In this document: piece after piece, positions 39,083 to 51,300 of the stretch | How the letters are laid out: each line of letters starts with the position of its first letter | Position numbering within the stretch: position 1 is the first letter of the stretch | Notes under the pieces: generated by a model | Databases searched by the model: none | What the model saw: the letters and a program-made list of their open reading frames with translations, nothing else | What the model was told of the DNA's origin: nothing | Program-made: the position numbers and the translations under genes | NCBI RefSeq assembly: GCF_021869535.1 | Contig: NW_026262701.1 | Location: 31,806,001 to 31,870,000, forward strand | Direction of reading: 5' to 3' | DNA length: 64,000 nt | DNA from: Mytilus californianus | Taxonomy: Eukaryota

Positions 39083-41568
39083 CATAATCACATGACTAGC
39101 TTTAAAAGGATCTGAAATATTAGCTTTAAAAGGATCTGAAATATGAATGCATATCTGTTACATTTACAAGGTCAAACTGAAACATCTTACGTAGAGTTTC
39201 TAAGTAGGCACTAAGAGAAACTGAATTGTAAACTTGGTAGTGAACAAGGACCATAAGCAGAAGAGCTATTTTGTCTTTCTTTACAGATTATATTTTTGTA
39301 CAACTATTTTTTTGCTGTGATAATATATATTTATTGCCATGTTACTTCAGCCTTACACATTTCAATGTTATACGTTTCTGTTCTGTGTTAGATATTTATC
39401 TTTTTATTTAAATAAAATGAATGAAACTGTTTTAACTATATTTCAATTTACTAATACTTTTTGTGTTCATATACGATATATATATATGAATACACCTATC
39501 AGCATACAAAGTATTTGATAATAGCATATCTGCCAACTCGCCAGCTCTAAGAGGGAGACACCCTTTTTCATTCTCCTTCTTTGGACTAGCCAACTGACGG
39601 GAGAGCATAGTTATCCCCTCTAATAAAAAAAACACCCTTTTTCACCCTTTTCATCATTTGATATAAAATAAGGAGATGTCGTATGATTGCCAATGAGACA
39701 ACTATCCACCATAGACCAAATGATGTAGATGTTAGTAACTATTGGTTACCGTTTATGAATTGTTTTACTGGTATTTTCTGTGATGTGTTTTCAAGTGTAT
39801 TGCACACAAAACAATTCGTATTTGCATTATATAAACAGATCTTAGGTCACCAAGAATGCTTTTTTTTTTACTGTTAAAGAAATCGCAGTCTTGATTAACT
39901 AATAGAAGGGGCTTTTCAGCTCTAAAATGATGTATAGAAGACGACGAAGAACCCACATCTTTCAAAAATAACACGAGGCCGAAGATGTTAACAACCATAG
40001 GTCACAGTACGACCTGCAACAACAAGCAAACTTATACCGATAGTAAGCTATAAAAGACACAATGTGATACAATGGAATTAAAATGAGAAAATGAACGGTC
40101 TGATTCATGATAAAAAAAAACAATAAACGAGAAACAAATATTACAGACAGCAAATAATGACAACCATTGACTTACAAACTTCCTACTGGGGACAGGCAAA
40201 GAATTTAGCAAGCTAAACAATATTTTACAGGGTTGTAACAGCACGACATATAATAACAAACTGTATATATATATATATACATCAATAAGAAAGGACTACC
40301 TCATCAGATCGACACGAAACAAAAACAAAAACTTAACAAACATAAAAAACACAAAGTACCGATCTAAAAGTACTCGCAGTTACTGAAAAGTAACTAGTAT
40401 TCAAAGACTTTTTCAACTAATACTTAATGTTTTCCGGACTAAAATATCCATCAGTTCACACCCAACGGACATGTTAACACTCGTGAAAACTCAGTACATC
40501 GTTCATTTTACGAAAGGTTAAATTTGCTTACATGAATAAGAGCATGCATGTAAACAGTTGCACAATTTAAGGTAAGACTAGATAGGCATTCATGATTGGA
40601 TCAGCCACCAATTTGTCACGAATCCAAAAATTGCATTGAGTTAAACCTGACCGACCCGACAAACCTTTGTCTAAGTTACGACAATAAGATTTGAGGTGTG
40701 TTTGTGTTGATACAATTGGTGTTTCCATGTTAACAATATAACTGCCAGAAACAGTATAAAAATAAGGAGGTGTGGGGTGAGTGCCAATGAGACACTATCC
40801 ACCAAAGTTCAAATGAAGTGGATTTAAGCAATTATAGGCAACCGTAAGGCTTTCAACAATGAGAAAACCCATACCGTATAGTCAGCTATAAAAGGCCCTG
40901 ACATGAAAAATGTGAAACAATTCAACTGAAAAAACTAACGGCCTTATTTATAACAAAACAATTTACGAAAAAAACAAATATGACAGACATGACCACAGGC
41001 TCATGACTTGGGACAGGCACATTAAAATGTTGCGGGGTTTGTGAGCGCTCAATCACCCCCCTTACCTGGGGCAGTGGTGTTACAGCACAACATAAGACCA
41101 AATTGTAAAATCCAGATGCAATTGGATTAACTCAAATGATCGGTACGAGGTAAAACAACTAAGATAAAAAAAAACCTAGACACAAAGCACCAAAATAATA
41201 GAACCTCCAGTTACTGAGAACAAGTTCAAAGCCAATTATCACTATAAAAAATAAATGATGTTCTCCCAGAGACCTACTAGTAAATTCATATGTATATTGG
41301 TGCGGTTCGTATGTTAATCTCTAGATGTCTTGTGTTGCTTTTGTGTCATTGGGTTTATGTTGGATATTTGATGGACATCGTTTGCAACCAGTTATAAGAA
41401 ATGAAAAACAAAACAAATCTCTTTTGGAACCATGTAAAAGAAAAGTGTTGCACTGTTATTCCTAATATACTAGGCATGAAGATCGGAAAGGACGAGAGCA
41501 AGTATTGGGACAGAAACAAGTAAGAAATGTTAAATTTGTAGTTACATGGCTTACTCAAGTATTTCTTA

Positions 41569-41775
41569 TAATTCATTTTCTTTTAGTATATCGGCCATGC
41601 TAGTTGTCTACAAAAAAAACCAGTTTTGAAAACTACAACCCGAAACAAGATTTTGGCCAAGTCTTTTTGTAGAAATATAATATCATAATTGTAGTTTTCA
41701 ACATTGTGTTGTTTGTTTGTGTGTGTGTGTGTGTAAACGACTAGCATGGCCGATATACTAAAAGAAAATGAATTA
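41569..41775. mobile_element. 207-bp foldback MITE, PIF/Harbinger-like
   Basis: 43-bp inverted arms (TAATTCATTTTCTTTTAGTATATCGGCCATGCTAG..., 2 mismatches), TTA direct repeat on both flanks (41566-68, 41776-78), an inner AAAACTACAA/TTGTAGTTTT pair and a (GT)n tract. Confidence 0.72.
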
Positions 41776-42383
41776 TTAAAATGTCCGTATACATATATCT
41801 CTCAGGGCTTAGGTTTCAGCCACATATACACATTTCTCCGTTTTCATTCGCGCCTCATAATGACCGGCATTGTATAACATTGTTGGGAACGATACTGAAT
41901 GGAAGCAAACAAAGACGATATTTTGAAGAAATTCATTAAATTTAATTTCATTCCTGTTCACAGTTTTGGCTAAGACTTATGATAATAACAATACATTTTG
42001 CTATTTCAGTAATTTTCAAATTTTTAAATATCTGTTTCAGCTTGTCTCACAAAAAAGTCAAAAACATTTCTGTCTAATGCACATTGTTTTTCGCAATAAC
42101 AGAACCTACTGTGAAAATTTTTGATTACAACATTTATCAGAAAATAAACAAATGTTTTCGCCACTTATAATCACTGAAAATGCATTTTAGTAATAAGCAC
42201 CTCTGTCAACGCGTTTGCTTACAAACAAAACATCAATTGACTTCTTCATCGTGTTTAACCAATGGCCATACAATAGAACTATGACGTTATCGTCATTCTC
42301 TTTAGCGACGTTCCTTCACAACGCCATAGTTGGTCACACAATATTTTCAGGATATTTTCATTGATTCTAACGAAGATAAAGAA

Positions 42384-45300
42384 ATGAATACAGTCTTAAT
42401 ACCAGATATATACCGGCTTATGTCCGGTCCATACCACAGGTAAGTGTGTTGTTTACTGACATCGATGATCCAAACAACTAGAAGCTAGAAACTTATATAA
42501 CAGAGTGAAATCAGGTGTTAATAAACTGGCAATGAATAGTAAGGCCAAGGAATACCGCAAGACACTTAACATTAACCATCAGCAGTATAAACAAAAATGT
42601 TCGGATGAACTGAGATCACTATCAAAAATGACTCTAAGGGATTTTGGAAGACACTTAAAAAATATTCTGGCTACAAAAAAGACAATCCCTCTATTAGTAT
42701 TGAAGCATTTCATGAATATTTTAAAAACATGAATGCAAGTGACGAAGAAGATCTTGATGGCATTGACATCAATGCGTTGTGTAGTGACCCAATTTATAAT
42801 GAAATTTTAAATGGCGTCATTACAGAACAAGAGGTTGTGGATGCAATTAAGAACTTGAAACATGGTAAAGCCTCTGGTACTTACAGGATACTGAATGAGT
42901 TTTTGAAAAACTCTCCACCATTTTTTATATGTATTTACACTAAACTATTTAATGTGATATTGGATACAGGTATTATACCTGAAACTTGGACAGCAGGAAT
43001 AATTATACCAGTTTTTAAAAATAAAGGTTGTCCAAAGGATCCAGATAATTATAGAGCTATAACATTAATTAGTTGTGTAGGGAAATTATTTACTTCCATA
43101 ATCAATACTCGATTGAATTTTTTTGCAAATGAAATTTCACTTATACATGAAAATCAGGCTGGTTTTAGAAAGGGGTATTCAACTGTAGACAATATGTTTG
43201 TACTTCATGCACTCATAGAGCTGTATTTCTCATTTGGCAAAAAACTTTTTTTGTACTTTTGTAGACTTTCGGAAAGCATTTGATACGGTATCAAGATCTG
43301 GTTTATGGGGAAAACTTCAATTGAGTAATATCAAAGGGAAGTGCTTCAAAGTTATTTTTAATATGTACCAAGGAATCAAATCATCTGTAAAATATAATGG
43401 ATGTCAGTCAGATTTTTCCCCCTGTTTAGCAGGTGTAAGACAGGGGGAGAATTTATCGCCTTTTTTGTTTTCAATTTTTCTTAATGACTTAGAAGACTAC
43501 TTTAAGAGTCTAGATGGGATTCCACTAGAAACTGTAAAAGAGAAGTTTCAAAGTGAATTGCACATATTTTTTGAATTATTTGTTATATAATATGCAGATG
43601 ATACTGTAATTTTATCTGAAACAGAAGAAGGTATGCAGCGATCACTAAAAATTTTTCAGTTATATTGTGAAAAGTGGAAATTAGAAGTAAATTTAAATAA
43701 AACAAAGGTTAATGATTTTTAGAAAGAGGAAAAGCAAAAAGAAATTTAAATTTTTACTGCAAGACAAAGAACTTGAGATTGTTGAAAAATTTTCTTATTT
43801 AGGTGTTACATATGTATCTTTAAATATAACGGTACTTTTTTAGATACCAAAAAGAAAGTTATTGATCAAGCACAAAAATCGATGCATTTTATACATAGAA
43901 TTGTCAGAAACGAAAACATTCCTATAGATTTGCAACTGAAATTATTTGATTCCATGATAGAACCAATTCTTTTATATGGTTCTGAAGTTTGGGGTTTTGA
44001 GAATTTGAAAATTATTGAACAGATGCATTTGAAATATTGCAAAAGAATTTTAAAAGTTCGAAATACTACACCCAATTTTATGGTGTATGGAGAATTGGGA
44101 AGATTTCCTCTGCAAATTCGAGTTAAATGTAGAATGATTTCGTATTGGTGTAAAGTTGTAAACAATAGCAGTAAACTTAGTAGTGCTTTGTACAGGCTGA
44201 TGTTATCATTGAAGAATCATGGTTATTATGCTTTCAAATGGATTGATTCTGTAGAATCAATATTTAGCAACACTGGTCTAGGATACATTTTCATGAATCA
44301 AATTGGCTTTTGTGATAAAAATTATCTCGACCGAATATTGAGTGATCAGTTTATTACCTCATGGTTTGGCGATATAGAAAATTCATCTCGGGGACAATTT
44401 TATGGGACATTTAAAAAGGACTTTGGATTAGAAAAATATCTGATCAGACTATCTGAACAGAACAGAGGGTGGGTAACTAGATTAAGGACATCGAACTTAC
44501 GTATTCCAATCGAGACAGGCCGTTGGCAAAATATACCTAGACCAGAGAGAATATGTACTTTATGTCATAAATTTGTTGGTGATGAATTTCATATTTTATT
44601 TGTATGTCAACATGATTCTATTGTTAATTATAGAAACCAATACTTACCTAGATATTATACTATTAATCCGCAATAAATTAAAATGGAAGGATTATTGTCC
44701 ATATGTAATATGGAAGTCTACAATTAAACGACTATCATCTTTTATTAAGAAAATTGCTTGTTTATTCTAAAATATTTACAAATGTATTTCTATGTGTTTA
44801 AATAGTACTGCATGCTCAATTCGTCATTCAATTGTTTATGTATTATACTTTGACCTCATGTTACACATTTATGTGTCTGAGCGTTATCAATAAATCTTGA
44901 AAATCTTGAAACAAGAAAAAAACGCTAATATTTGATAACCGAAGAATTAGTTTTGGTTAACAAAAATTTGTAAAATTACAGATTATGCTGATTTCTATCA
45001 GCTAGCTTATATAGTAGTCATACGATTTCCTGCTTTTGTGAACATACAGAAGCAGGCAAATCTTCTATGAAAAAAAAACGATAAAAGTACTTTGTAAGAA
45101 ATACAAAATTAGAGATCTTCAGCAAGTAATTTATTGTACTTTAATGAACAATTTAGTTAACTCTCAAAACAAACACAAGTGGACCCTATGTGCTGATTTT
45201 TAATCAAAAGCAGCTACATGGTCTGGATGGGGTCCTTCATTTATTTACTCTGCACATGATTATTCTCTAATCACATCCAGATCCTCAACTAGCGTGCAAT

Positions 45301-48300
45301 TTTAAAATTCTCCTGTACAAAGTTAGTTTAGAATGTTTCCAATTGCAGAATTGATAACTTTACGACTTTGTGCGAAGAGCTAGAAGATCATCTTGATCCA
45401 ATAATAGATGAAGTGCGTATGGAAAAGATGATAAGCATCATGAAAAGATTGAGAGATTATAAACCAAATGAAGGTAACTTTTCGATTGCCAATGAATTTT
45501 ACATATATTAAAGGAGATGTTTTATTATCGAAAAACTATTTACGATTTTTTTTCTGAGAAATCCTGTTTACACAATTATTTTCGTGGGTAATTAATTATA
45601 AATTCCCTAATTTAGTATATACATTGTATTTGCGAGCACGATTTCATTATTTGCCTTCATTAAAAATATTGGTGGTTTATTTTCGGAGATAAATACAATT
45701 CAGTGTTATTATGATGAATTTAAAGTCATATAAATTGTTCTGTCATTAACCAACAATTAGATACGTTGTAACTGACAAGGTGAACTTTTATAGACGACTA
45801 AAAACTTGTGTTTCTAAAATAATTCATCAATGTACAATTTAATATCTTTGCAGTGTTTCCTCAGATGAACGAGTTATTTTACTTGATGACGGAGACGGTT
45901 TTCAGTGTTGTCGAGTCCCAGGAAAATTGGTCACTTTCTGAATCAACTAAGCCATCAGTTGCTCGGATAATTCGTGACAAAGTTCAAAAAATGATAGTGG
46001 GAGGTAGAATTCTACCACATCAAACGTGAGTTTAGATAATTTATATTTCGAATAACGTACTACAAAAAAACCTAGAGGCTCTCAAGAGCCTGTGTCGCTC
46101 ACCTGTATCTACTGTGGTTTTGGAAATCATGTAAAATAAGGTTAAAATCATAATAAATAGTATAAGATACCCCAATAATGATTGAGACGAAGTTTAGATT
46201 AATTTTGCCAAGTAGTTAGATTAAAAGCAGGTCAAACCATTGTAGTCTTACAATAGTTACTGAAGACCCCTTATCATAATTTAAATTTAGTTTTCAAGTT
46301 GTGACCATTTGAAATTGTTTTTTCTACAATTTTCCCATACACTTCTATAGTAAACCCCTATGTTCTATTTTTAACCATGGCGGCCATGTTGGTTGGATGG
46401 CAGGGTCATCGGATACATTTCTTAATCAAGATACCCTATTGAAAATTGTGGCTAAGTTTAATTCTATTTGGCCCAGTAGATTTAGTGGAGAAGATTTTTG
46501 TAAAAGATAACAAAAATTTACGAAAAAATTGTGAAAAATGACTTTAAAGGGCAATAACTCCTGAAGGGGTCAATTGACAATTTTGATCATTTCACTTATT
46601 TGTAGAGCTTACTTTGCTGAACATTTTTGCTGTTTACAGTTTATCTCTATCTATTATAATATTCAAGATAATAACCAAAAACTGCAAAATTTCCTTAAAT
46701 TTACCAATTCAAGGGCAGCTACCCAACTACGGGTTGTCTGATGCGTCAGAAAATTTCAGGGCAGACAGATCTTGACCTGATGAACATTTTTACCTGATTT
46801 CAGATTTGCTCTAAATGCTTCAGTTCCAGAGATATAAGCCAAACTGCATTTTACCCCATGTTCTCTTTTTAGCCATGGCGGCCGTCTTGGTTGATGGGTG
46901 TGGTCAACGGATACTTTTTTTAAAACTTAATACCCTCAGGATGATTAAGGCCAAGTTTGATTTAATTTGACTTAAAAGTTTCAGAGGAGAAGATTTTTGT
47001 AAAAGATTACAAAAGTTTACGAAAAATTGTGAAAAATTGACTTTAAAGAGCAAAAACTCCTGAAGGGGTCTAGATCTATTGACAATTTTGATCATTTGAC
47101 TTATTTGTAGAGCTTACTTTGCTGAACATTTTACACTCATTCTCAATTTAGGGTCGCAATTCTATGTACCGCAGTGTAAAAGACATATTCAACCACAGAC
47201 TTGTACATTTTTATATATAGTCGGATAGGGGATACCGGTGCGGAGATAGAAATAATTGTTTTCCACATGTAACTCTCACAATTTAAACAAAATCCAGCTT
47301 TATGAACGTCAAAAACAGTATTTACGTTACTGTCCACGGCAAGGTATCAAATTATTAAAATCTCAGTCTCGTGTTATTTGAGTTATTTGTGCACAAAAAA
47401 TTCTGCAGTTATTTGAAGAATTATCATACTTTTCAACTGATACTTGTAAAATGCATACACATATTAAAAATCAGATTGAAACGAACTCTAAATTTCCAGT
47501 GTCACCAAGTCCAAACTATTTGAATTAATGTGTTTCTTAAACGACATTAGCACTGCATTAAATGTAGTTATAGTAAACAAAACCTATTTGTTTTATTCCT
47601 TAGACACATTGTTTTAGCTGACAAATATCAAATATTGCAAAGTTGTTCTGTTCACATTGATTTTGCATTTTTTTCCATACCAAGGATCATGGTTATAAAA
47701 ACAAGGGATATTTACGTGTTGCACGACACAACAATAACACATAACTCAAATGTCAACAGTTCTTAGTTATTGGAGAGGTGGAAGTATATGTACAATTTTG
47801 ACATCTGTACTGTCTTCTACATAAACAGTTAGTATTAACAACGAATTACTATCTAGCCAAAAATATTTACGTTACGGATATTTACGATACAAAATATACC
47901 TTTGGAACGGACCCAGGTACTGATCATCATTTTAGCACTTTTCAAAAACAGCGTCTATGACGTCATTGTTTAACACGTTGTTTACAAGATTTCATGGCGT
48001 TACATATCCATACATTACAGTAGAGAGATAAAAGCAAATAGAAGAGCAAGGTAACTATGACGATGTTTGATATATATTTTTTCTTACGTTTTGAAATAAA
48101 CTGATGAAGTAGAAGTTTAATTGTATTCCATGCTTAGTTCTTGTCATTTTCAAATACACTTTTTGTACTGATTATTTACACAAGTTAATTGAATGGGGAA
48201 AGTATTTACGTTACGATTGGGTAACGTAAATATTTTACTAACTATAACTGAATTATAGAGTGAATACAATAAAAAAAAAGTTGTCTTTGTGATTTTAAAG

Positions 48301-51300
48301 TTGGTTTATAGATATATGATGCTAGTTTCAGTGGTTAAAATTCATAGAAATGAATGTTTTTCTACTGTAGCTGCATTAAAAAGATGCGTAGTAATGCTAG
48401 AATTGTCGTGGAATTTCACCATTAATTAAGCAATCAAATCAATAAAACGTGCTAAAAATGCATCTCAACATTTATATTATGCTATATCAAGATAACAAAA
48501 TGAACAAAAAACAATACATACAAGTTTACCAATTACTACAACTAATCTGCCTTTGGGTCTAATTGTAACGTAAATATCAAAATTTTATTATATTGCTTAA
48601 AGGTAAATTTTTTATTACATTATTATAACATACATTATGTTTACCTAACTAGACTTCTTATTATTCCTATCTTCTTTCAAAACAAAGTGTTTGCTAATAT
48701 AGTTCATATTTTGATATCACTAAATTAACATAAAACTGGAACATTATAGTTCAGTTTGATGCAAAATGTACTCCTTTTGCAGGTATACATGGCTAAGTCA
48801 CGAAGTCAAATCCAAAAAGAGTACAGAGAGAGAAAGAAATTGAAAGAGGGAAAGAATTATTTAAAGAAAGAATCAGCCAGGGTGATTAAATACTATGTTC
48901 CAGCAGCTGAATTGCCAACTAAGGAAAGAAAAAAAAGAAACGAAAGAGCAAAAGTCCACAACCAAACACATAGACGCAAAAGAAATGCAGCAGCAATGGT
49001 TTTGAATGAATCTGTTACAGAAAGCAGTGGTTATGAAAGTATAGGTAGCCCATTGGTGGTAAAGTTGCCACTTGTTGGAAGGAGGAAAGGAGGAAAAAAG
49101 AAAAATACAAGAGCTTTAGCTAGAGCCCATGGTGCAATGAAGCTTTTGAAAGTAGAAAAGGAAAAGCTTCTGAAAAAATTAAAAGCAAAGTCCAGACAAC
49201 TGAAAAGGCTCAGCACTAAGATTAATTCCGGAACTAGAAGGCCATCTGAACCTTGTACACCTAACAGCAAAACTGAATTAGAACTGAGAGAATTAAATTT
49301 GACACCCAGAAGAAGAGAGAGGGTAAAGCGAAAGTTAATGTTGAAGAATGTGGTGTTGCACGAAATTTCAGAAGCAAGAGCTTCAACTTCGTCCATGTAT
49401 GAGAGACAGTCCATAGCTAGACTAGTGTCTGGAAAGTTGTCAAAGAAATACAGACTCAATCTTGCTATAAGTAAAGGAACTGGTATATGTAGAAAGACTT
49501 TGACAAAAGTGTCCACAAAGCGGGTAAGACCAGACAGACGTATTTGTGCAGTCAAACAGCTTGCTTTAGATGTTGAAGATTTCATGAGCAGAGAAGATAA
49601 TAGTCGCATGCAACCAGGAAAAGGGGATGCAATTAAGATTTCGAAGGGAGAAAAGAAGCAAACAATTATTCTAACAAATTATCTTGCTGATCTACATAAG
49701 AAATTTTCTGTAGAAAACCCTCAAGTGAAAATTTCGTTGGCAACCTTTTGTCGTTTACGTCCACGCCATATCTTAACAGCAAAGTTCATATCCCGAACAT
49801 CCTGCCTATGTATAAAACATCAGAATATGGCCCTCAAGTGTCAGACACTTAAGAAATACAACATTTTCGTAAGAGAAAATCCTGAACACTTAATAGGTCA
49901 AAGTCTTGAAATAGAGCGTTCTATGGACCAGCTGCTAGAAAATCGAGTGGCTTATCGAGTATGGAAACAAGTCGCTGTTGAAGATAAAAAGAAAATGAAG
50001 ATTATAGAAAATACAGTAGAGAAGAATGAATTTATAGAGATGATGAAAGTTGAAATGAATCAGTTTGCAAGTCACGTTGACAGAGTACGGTGTCAATATA
50101 GAGAAATCAAAACACTTAAAGATAGCCTTAAAGAGAAAGAAATTTTAGTCCAAATGGACTTTGCAGAGAACTATTCGTGTAAGTCTCTTGCAGAGGTACA
50201 GAGTGCCTATTGGAACCAAACCCCAGTCACCATACACCCAGTAGTTGTATATTTCCGTGGCCAATCAAAATTAGAACACAAAAGCATCGCAATAATTTCT
50301 GATGAACTTTCTCATTGTACCAGTACAGTGTGCAAATTTCTTGATTCTTTAGTTCCAGTCTTGAAGGAAATCTGTCCAAATGTCGAGTTTGTCCACTACT
50401 GGACGGATAGTCCATCAAACCAATACCGCAATAAAACCATTTTTGACCTCGTTGCAAATCATTCATCAGTTTATGGAATTCAGGCCCGTTGGAATTATTT
50501 TGAGGCTGGGCATGGCAAGGGACCTTGCGACGGTCTTGGTGGAACAATCAAAAGAATGGCTGACGAAGCAGTGAAGAGAGGAGCAGTTGTTATTCAAGAT
50601 CCAAAAGAATTTCTTGATTGGTCTATAACTTCAAACATGAAAGAAGTGAAGTTTTTGTTTGTAAAAAAAGAAGATTGCAAGAAGAAGCTCGACCAACTAA
50701 ATAAACTAAAGCTGAAGCCAATTAAAGGAACAATGAAGTTTCATGCTGTAGCCTATGACTTACAGACGGCCGAACTTTGCACCAGAGAAACCTCATGCTA
50801 CTGTGACACATGCTTGAAAGGGAAATTCTGTGAATCCTGGAATAGACAGACATATGAAGGTAACACAAATCATAACAGTCACACAGAAGAAACAGTCACA
50901 CAAAACGAATTGCAAGAAAGTAATGAGATCCAAAATGAAGATTATCATGAAATAATAATAGTAGAAGTGTCAGTGGATGACTTTATTGTATGTGTTTATG
51001 AAGGTCAGTGGTACATCGGGAAAATTTTAGATATGGACGACGAAGATGTACAGGTTACCTTTCTCGAAAGAGCGAAAGCTATGTTTAGGTGGCCAACTTC
51101 ACCTGACACGATATGGTGCAAAAAATCAGACGTCTTCTATAAACTTGATCATCTAGAGCCTTCCGGCAAGAGCAAACGCTTTTGGAAAATAAGCCCAGAG
51201 GACAGAACTAGAATTGAGAACAACTTTGAAGCTCATGAAATGAACACAAATAAATAAAACATATTTGTTGAATTGTTTAACATGTTTGATGCATAATCTT

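Noticed and set aside
49031-49609. 192-aa minus-strand ORF as a second transposon gene
   Set aside because: It is the antisense shadow of the transposase ORF, Ser/Leu/Phe-rich and without motifs.
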